Assembly (NCBI GenBank): GCA_001662655.1
Contig: KV460255.1
Reading direction: 5' to 3' (one strand)
DNA length: 54,780 nt
Source: Pseudogymnoascus verrucosus
Lineage: Eukaryota
Position 1 is the first letter of the stretch. Each line of letters opens with the position of its first letter. A program made the translations under genes and the position numbers. Below the pieces are notes generated by a model. That model saw only the letters and a program-made list of their open reading frames with translations, was not told the origin of the DNA and did not search any database. This document shows positions 47,647 to 54,780 of this stretch, piece after piece.

Positions 47647-49263
47647 ATGCATCCGCCTGTAGAGGCACAGTCCCTCTCATCTCTCCTCCAAATTGCCTCC
47701 AACCCGCCCCGCTACCCCCGAAACCCCTCAGAGCCAAAACGTGACCCTCTGGTCTTATACATAGCACGTGTCCCTGGCAGTCAAGGTACCCCCCTCAGTC
47801 TTCTTCCATAAAACCCTACTAACACTCTCGCAGATGTCATTCTCACGCCCCTCAAGCCAGACCTGAAGAACCTCAAGGAGCTCGACGTCGCTTCCTGCCT
47901 GTATTACCTTCACCGCAACGTCCCCTCTGACGCGGCCCTGGTTGTCGACCTCTCCACTCACCCCGTGCACCCCCCAACGCCGCATATCGCGCGGAAACCC
48001 CTTCCAAAGTCTTCCGCACCCATCACCACCGATCTTGCAGCACCACCCCCACCCGATGCCGCCATCCCAACTGTCAGTCCCCTCGACCCGCCACATCCCT
48101 CCTCGCCCCCTCCCAAGCCCCCGCGCCGCCCACTAAACGACCCGATATCCGCCCTCCCTCTCAAGCCCCCACCATTAGCACCACCCCGCCGCCCTCTTGG
48201 ACCGCGCCCACGCTCGCTGGCTACTCCAGCCGCCGTCCCAGCCACGGAGGGACAGGAAAACGCGCCTCTCCTCCCACCGCGGCCATACCCAGAAGCAACC
48301 ACGCCAACAGCAGCAGCTACCTCCCAAGCTCGCGGCCGGGCAGATGCCCTCTTCCCCACCAACCCAACTTCACCCAACAACCACTCACCCACGCACCTCA
48401 AGGCAACAGAGCCCTACACCATAACCCTCATCCGGCGCGACCCCCCCACAGGTGCACAATGGACCATCGGCTCCCTCCTTATCTCCCCCCGCTCCACCCC
48501 CTCAGTGGTAGTCACCCTCACCACACCCGGGTACACCACTTTCAGCAGCCCTCCCGGGGACTTCAAACGGGAGATCAACACCGATAAACCCGTGACAGCT
48601 GTGCGACGCCGCGGGCACCGGCGAGGCCACTCTGCATTCTCCACCCACTCCTCCGATCAGGCCCCAATACCGCAACCCAAAGATGCACAAGCCTACACTT
48701 TTCCCTCCCCATGGTCAACACCCTGCACTTTCGCTACTGCGCCGTCGGGTCGCGCGCTGAGGTGCACACACGAGCTCCCCGCTGTAGACGCGGAGGGCGA
48801 GCCGACAGTGGAGGGTGTGGTTGTGAGTGAACTGCGGTATAACACCCCTACTACCTCTCTATTTGGGCTTGCTCGGCCGAAACACAGACACGGCGACAGG
48901 CATGGGGAAAGGGGGAGCAGGATACCCGGAACGCTACCAGGGGCGTTGCCATTGCCACGACCGCAGTCACGTGCCAGGCCGAAGAGTGCACCTTCATCAC
49001 CACTGCACGCGCCGTCGAATTATCTAGCTCACGAGAGCTCTTGGACGGGTGATGAGGATGGCGGGGATAGGGATAGCGGAGCGGATTTGTCGTTGGGAAG
49101 AGAGAAAGCGGGGGGTGGGAGGGCGGGGGGGAGAGCGAAGTTGGGGAAGTTGATTGTGTTTGGGGATGGGATTAAGATGTTGGATCTTTTGGTGGCGGGG
49201 AATATGGGGGTTTGGTATGAGGGGTGGGGGGATAAGGGGAGTGGTGAGGGGGAGGGGAATTGA
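47647..49263 (+). CDS. Conserved-looking Pro-rich fungal hypothetical protein
   Basis: Exons 47647-47785 and 47834-49263. 'PLVLYIARVPGSQ|DVILTPLKP', 'ITLIRRDP..G.QW.IG', 'DLSLGREKAGGG..G..AKLGKLIV...G.KMLDLLVA.NMGVW'. Confidence 0.8.
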
Positions 49264-51930
49264 GTATGGTGGGTGGTATGGGTGAGCGAGGTGGCTATTT
49301 GTATGCATATCAGCGAGAAATACAGAGGCATTCCCAGCGTTCCGTGTCGTCTTTATAAAAGAGACGTTTCAAACATTATTACTCCACGCATCGAACCACA
49401 TTCTGACATCCTACTTCTTCTAGTCATGGAATGTTCTAAATACAAGCAGCTTGCTGGGCTGGCTAATACGTGACTGTTGTGCTGGCCTAGAGGGGAACTG
49501 TACGCCTTCTCACCACCGTTATATCCCTCGTTACCACCAGCCCCTGTAGTCATTCCATCTTTGCTGTCGCTGCGCTGTTGTCACCGTACGGGCTGAAAAG
49601 CATCACCAAGGAGAAGCCGTATAGTTAAATTCACGTACTGTCTGCAGATCGGAATCTCGTCGAGATCTAGTTATATCAGGCAGTATCTCATGGTAAAGCG
49701 GTCGAAACATCTCAACATCGCGTCGCCCCTCATCGATATGGGCTCCTATACTAGCAAGCAGATAAACAGATACTAGAAACCCTCGCGCATAGCTGCTACT
49801 CACAGCTCCACTCACGAGACAGCGACACAGGCTCTTACGCTCAATTGTATTGTGTTGTGGAATTTGTTTCTCATAAACGCTCTGGATACGTTGGGGGATT
49901 TATAGTAGGTGAGTGGGCACATGGGAGGTACTGCTACGATGCGGGAGTAGGAAGGGGGTTTTGGTGTCGTAAGGGACGATGGGGGGGATCGGGTGGTTTC
50001 TTCACTGTATCGATGAGTTCGTCCAATGATTGCTCAAAAGCTACACTATACCCGAGGAGTCGAGCATCGGACGTTTCCTCCTTTTGATAGTGCGTGGTTG
50101 ATAGGAAAGGTCGAAGATGGCGGCAATAAAGGCTGCTGAATGAGCTATGAGCCACTTTGTCCCAAGGTGAAAGGGGTAGTTGGGATGATAGAGGTGTGCA
50201 TATAGATCAAGAACTACAGAGATACCCTGCCGTCTCTTTTACGCTCATCCAAAAGGCTTAAATACCATCTATTCCACACATCACACCAGCAAGCATCCAC
50301 CAGGCAAGCTGTCCGGCCTATTGATGACAACAATGCGAAGAAGCCGTGCTCATACCGTGTACAGCAATGCCTAGAAGGGAAGATGGCAATTCGGGACCGT
50401 GGAAATCTCCAACCCAGTTACGAGAGCTGCTGTCACCGTTGCTTGTCACCGCTAGACTGCTGTCACCGACGCCTTGGTGTCACCACCCTTCTCCCATCGA
50501 CTAGCTGGGAACAGAGACCACAACTCATCACGCACAACTACTGCTCGCACCACCTCCTCTTTTGGCGAGAGACAGAGCAGCGGAAATCACTTGGATAGTA
50601 ACATTCTCCTCTTTGTGGTTTATGTCCCGTTTACACGCTGAAAGGAGGTGTTTATATACCCACCGGCGAGCTAAGTGATACCCTTTCCCCCTTTCCACTT
50701 CCCACCGGACACGTGGAGGGGATATCAGATCATATATATCACACCGCGCCCCTTCTAACCTACCCCCGCACTTCTCATCAACTATCAATCCTCTATATCC
50801 CACCCCACCTTCCTCTCATCACCCCCGCCAGCTTGCCTTCCCAGAAAGATAGTTTGATCAACCTCCGTCCAATCCAACCAAATAAGTCAGCTATAGAAAA
50901 ATGCAGCACTAGGTATGTTTCATGCCAACGACAGGGTCATAATATCCTGCTCCCCGAGAATGTTCTCTCCTAATATCTCTATCTCGAACTTAGAAATCTC
51001 AGACTGAGGCTCTATTACCGTCTAGGAGAGGCCATGGACGCGAGAATCACACGTCTGATCCTTAAAGACGACGAAACATATTCACAAGCTGACGAGACAA
51101 AACATTTGCATTGGAACAGGAGGCGGATGCCGCCGCGAACGAGCTGAAGACGTTAAGGGGGAAATTTGACGCCACTGACTTGTTTTGGAACCACGCCAAC
51201 GCGCAGAGGCTTGGTGTGTGATTGAGAGTGATGGTGGCGCTGTCACCACCGTTACCCTCTCACCGTCCCTGAAATCTCGTCATCGCCTTGCTCCTATCAC
51301 CACCACCGCCGCCTACCGCACCGTCGCTCTTGCCGCTGTAACTATTGTCACGCATTCGGGTAGAGGCCGTTGCGCTCTGGGGAGATGACGATCGTATTTT
51401 CTATCTGCTGCCGGAGCTTAGGCCATAATGATGCCAGCTCCCCAATCTCGTTTTTGATAACTAAGCAAATATCACACACTATGAACACCCCATCCTCAGC
51501 TAGCCATCCATACTCCCTCCACCCCCATCAGCAACTACTCGCATCCCACCACCCCAGACAGCGCAATACACACCAATGAAAGGACGTATTTTTTCACGTT
51601 TCTGTTTATATTTACTAAAGGGGTGGTTTGGGGTGTAATATATTCCACCCCCCTTTATCCCCCATCCCCTTTTCCGCCTCTCTCTTTATAGCCCGCGAGT
51701 CACTTAACGTATCTACTTCTCAGAAATGCGCGTTTCTGTATACCACAACGTCCCCATCCTGAGTGGTAATTCACAATCACCTTCACTCTCCATATAAACC
51801 CCTAGTTGATGAAGATTAAAATGCTATTAACTCGTCTCATTGACTGAAAACAAACATCGCTATTGAAGAAGTCACAATACAGCATGTCATCCCCCCCTTT
51901 CTACTTCAACCAGAACCGCATATCATCATC

Positions 51931-52711
51931 TTGAATTGCCAACCCCTCTCGTCACCGTGCTTTGCTGCTGTCAACCCCCCTTTCACCACCGGTTCTCCTC
52001 TCACCCTCCACATATCAACAACCCATCTAACCCACAACCCCTCCCACGTAGTTGCCGCAGACTCTCCCTTCAGACCGCACCACAGACACCATTACTTTTC
52101 GATCATCTCGTTTTTTTCCTGCTTGTGATTACTGACCGAGGGTTGGCAGGTGGGGTATATATATTATATTAGGCAGGGTGTAAAGGAGGTGACGAGTTGT
52201 TGTTATCAAGATACTTTAAGAACATATAGAGTAATCAGGGGGCATTAGTGTGCATCCTGCCAGCACAGCCCCGAGAGATAAACCACAATCCTCTCTCACT
52301 CTCTATATAAACCTCCCTTGTCGAGACTGTCAACCCGCCATCGGCAACTCCGAAGCAACTGGGAATCAATACAAGGGTGTCGTCGAAGAAATCTCAACGC
52401 AAGGTATCAAATACCCCATCACCCTAGCCAGCCCCTCGAATCATCTTTACTTGACTTCCCAAGCCCTCTCGTCACCGTGCTATGATGATGTCACTACCCA
52501 TTCCCACCACCGGTTCTCTATCTCACCTCTCGTGTCTACAACCCATCTGGAGATATGCAGTCCACAACCCCTTCGCACAGACAGCGCTCACACCCCCGTC
52601 TCTCCAGACAGGGTTTTAATCGAAGTTGCATCTTCGTTTATTTGTCCGTTTGTGCTTACAGAGTGGGGCGGGCGGAGAGGGGTATATACTATAGGCCGCA
52701 GGGGATAAAGG
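51931..52711 (+). repeat. Diverged ~255-bp direct repeat pair (51931-52186 and 52451-52711), part of a wider degenerate array
   Basis: Colinear shared blocks: CCCTCTCGTCACCGTGCT (51944/52464), CACCACCGGTTCTC (51984/52505), ACAACCCATCT (52018/52538), CCACAACCCCT (52032/52562), GGGGTATATA (52152/52679). Confidence 0.85.
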
Positions 52712-54780
52712 CGATGAATATCCCCAATCCGCAATAGACTTGTGAGGTTTGACTTTGCATCTCTGGATCTCATCCTCCTTGTCCCCCCCTTTTTCCTCCC
52801 CACCCTCTCCCGGATGCTATCCCAAAACCCTTTCTCGCAAACTGTATAAACACACCGTTGTCTCAAAAGTTGAGGGGATCTTGGGCTATGGGCTAACATG
52901 AGTTTTCGAGTCGTCTCACCTCGAAATATTGGTTGGCTGCTGCGTTTTTGATTTTGAAAAACGTGGGAAGGTGGTGTGGATGGTGGATTTCTGTCCGAAG
53001 GAGGATATCTCGTCGTCATGCTACGCCGCTGTCACCACCACCCCGTCACCATCACCCACCATCCCGTCTCCGCAGCACCGCCCTCACCACCAGGAGCCAT
53101 CCTCCCTGGAATCTGAACCAGTCAAACCAAGATCGCTATTTTTCTGGGCTTTGTCCTCCATCATGTTGGATGTACCTTTTTGTTTCGTCTACTGTGGGGC
53201 TTATATACTGTACGATGGAAAAGAATGAGGCGAGGAGATGAAATAACATCCCCATGGCCCCTGAAATACAACGCGGCAGAAGCGAGTGTTACTGTATCCA
53301 CCTTATCCCCTCCCCTTTTGACAGGTAAGTCTACAACCCTCTCTCCCATCCCCTATAAAAGCGGTTGACTGAAGCTATCCAGACCCCCTCCGAATCACTA
53401 CCACAAAAGCGAATTAAAACACTAGACGGGAGAATACATTCCTTCTCAGAGCGGTGCGCCGATCTTGGTTTTGGATTGTAATCAATCTTAGATTGTGAGT
53501 GCGTGCTGCTGCTGCTGTTGCTATTATCACCACTGCATCGCCATCGCCGCCGCATTTTCTTCTCACCATCCCTTCTAACCGCCTCGCCGCCCTCACTACC
53601 ACTAGCACCCCATCCATTCAACCCCTCCCCTATCCCGATATGCATACCAAGACGCCCACCACAGATCCACATACACTCTCTTCCCGCCGCATCAGAAGCA
53701 ATTTAAATATCGTATCATCTGTTAGATGGTATGCCGTGTGGTTGGTTGAGGGTTGAAGACGTTATTTATGCATGTAGCCGAGGTGAGTGATATCCCTTCC
53801 TTACCATGAGACTCAACGCAGACGGACGACCTCCTACCTCATCCTCGACTCTTGGACTATACCATGCCATAGAACCCGTCCCCCCCCGACCCCCACGCTC
53901 CCCCCAGCCCCCGCCTCCCGTCACACCTCATATAAACCCCCCCAGCACCCAGCACAACCCCCTATCAACCCATGCAACACATCGAGGTCTCGGATGAAGC
54001 TATCTGAGAGTGGATGAGTGCATCGCCGTCGGGGGTGAGCTGGGTGTGGGTTGGGCTATGTGGATGGGTAGGTTTGTCAACCCCCCTCCCCCAACTTCCC
54101 CCCCTTCCCCACCATCTCCCAAACCAACACACACAACCGGAACATCCCAAGCGCCACTTAGCAGAGGTAGGCGGTGATGGGTGCCTTATTAGCGTGGGCA
54201 TAGAGGATTGACGAAACTGTCAACTACTATATAAAGCGTCTGATATCGGATAGATAGATGCCTCTGGGATAGATAAACGCCTCTCAGATGGACCAAGAAA
54301 TAATATGCTTTATATCACATTTCTAGCTTCGACCTTCAAGATTCTACGAGGGGATTGAAGTTAGGTTTGGTTTCGATAGATATCTCGTCGTCGTGGTGTG
54401 TTGCTGTTGCTGTCACTGTCACTATCACGCTGCTGCCGCCACCACCACTCTCTCCGTCCCCGCGCTCTTGTCACTGCCATCACTACACTACTATCATCAC
54501 CTACTACATCCACTCCCCCCCCCCCCCCTCTTCGCTAGGGAAAATCCCCCACAACCAAAGACCTTCACAAGTTGAAGGAGCACAGAGTAAATGTCTTGTT
54601 TCACTCCGCAGAGTAGAAGGCGGGGAGGAGAATACACCTGCCCCAGGCGAAGGAACAGAGATCCGCGCGGGAGGATTTATGCTGTCGTTGCTGCTGTTCA
54701 CACCACCGCACTGTGGCCGCCGCTGCATCATCCTGTCACCGCCCACTCCCTCCCGCTGCCGTTTCCCCCCCACCACCACG

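Noticed and set aside
49273..54779. Many 60-150-aa ORFs in the terminal region
   Set aside because: Low-complexity Pro/His/Thr translations of C-rich repeats; no coherent exon chain or motif.

Overview
Eukaryotic DNA from a filamentous ascomycete: short GT-AG introns with CTRAC/CTAAT branch sites and about 50% GC. A Leotiomycete such as Pseudogymnoascus is plausible but is inference only. I reconstructed about 24 spliced protein genes or relics by hand. Housekeeping genes are ATG26 (runs off the left edge), CMR1, an Mtf2-like protein, RAD54, a mitochondrial carrier, a NYN-domain protein, RPN3, SAS2, an AAA+ protein, a Reb1-like Myb protein, NDUFS8 head-to-head with mitochondrial ACP, VPS74 and RRP14. 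Two accessory blocks interrupt them. The first (~13.1-22.4 kb) holds small secreted or Cys-rich orphans, a 5S rRNA pseudogene, a kinase fragment, and a C2H2 transcription factor divergent from an NmrA-like gene across a promoter packed with ATGTGGG repeats. The second (~29.3-34.8 kb) holds a frameshifted AA7/BBE oxidase behind an array of XlnR-type sites, and a CorA-like membrane gene with a premature stop. The last ~5.5 kb has no credible gene but carries a same-strand array of degenerate repeat units. All splice models and family calls come from reading the sequence, not from database searches.
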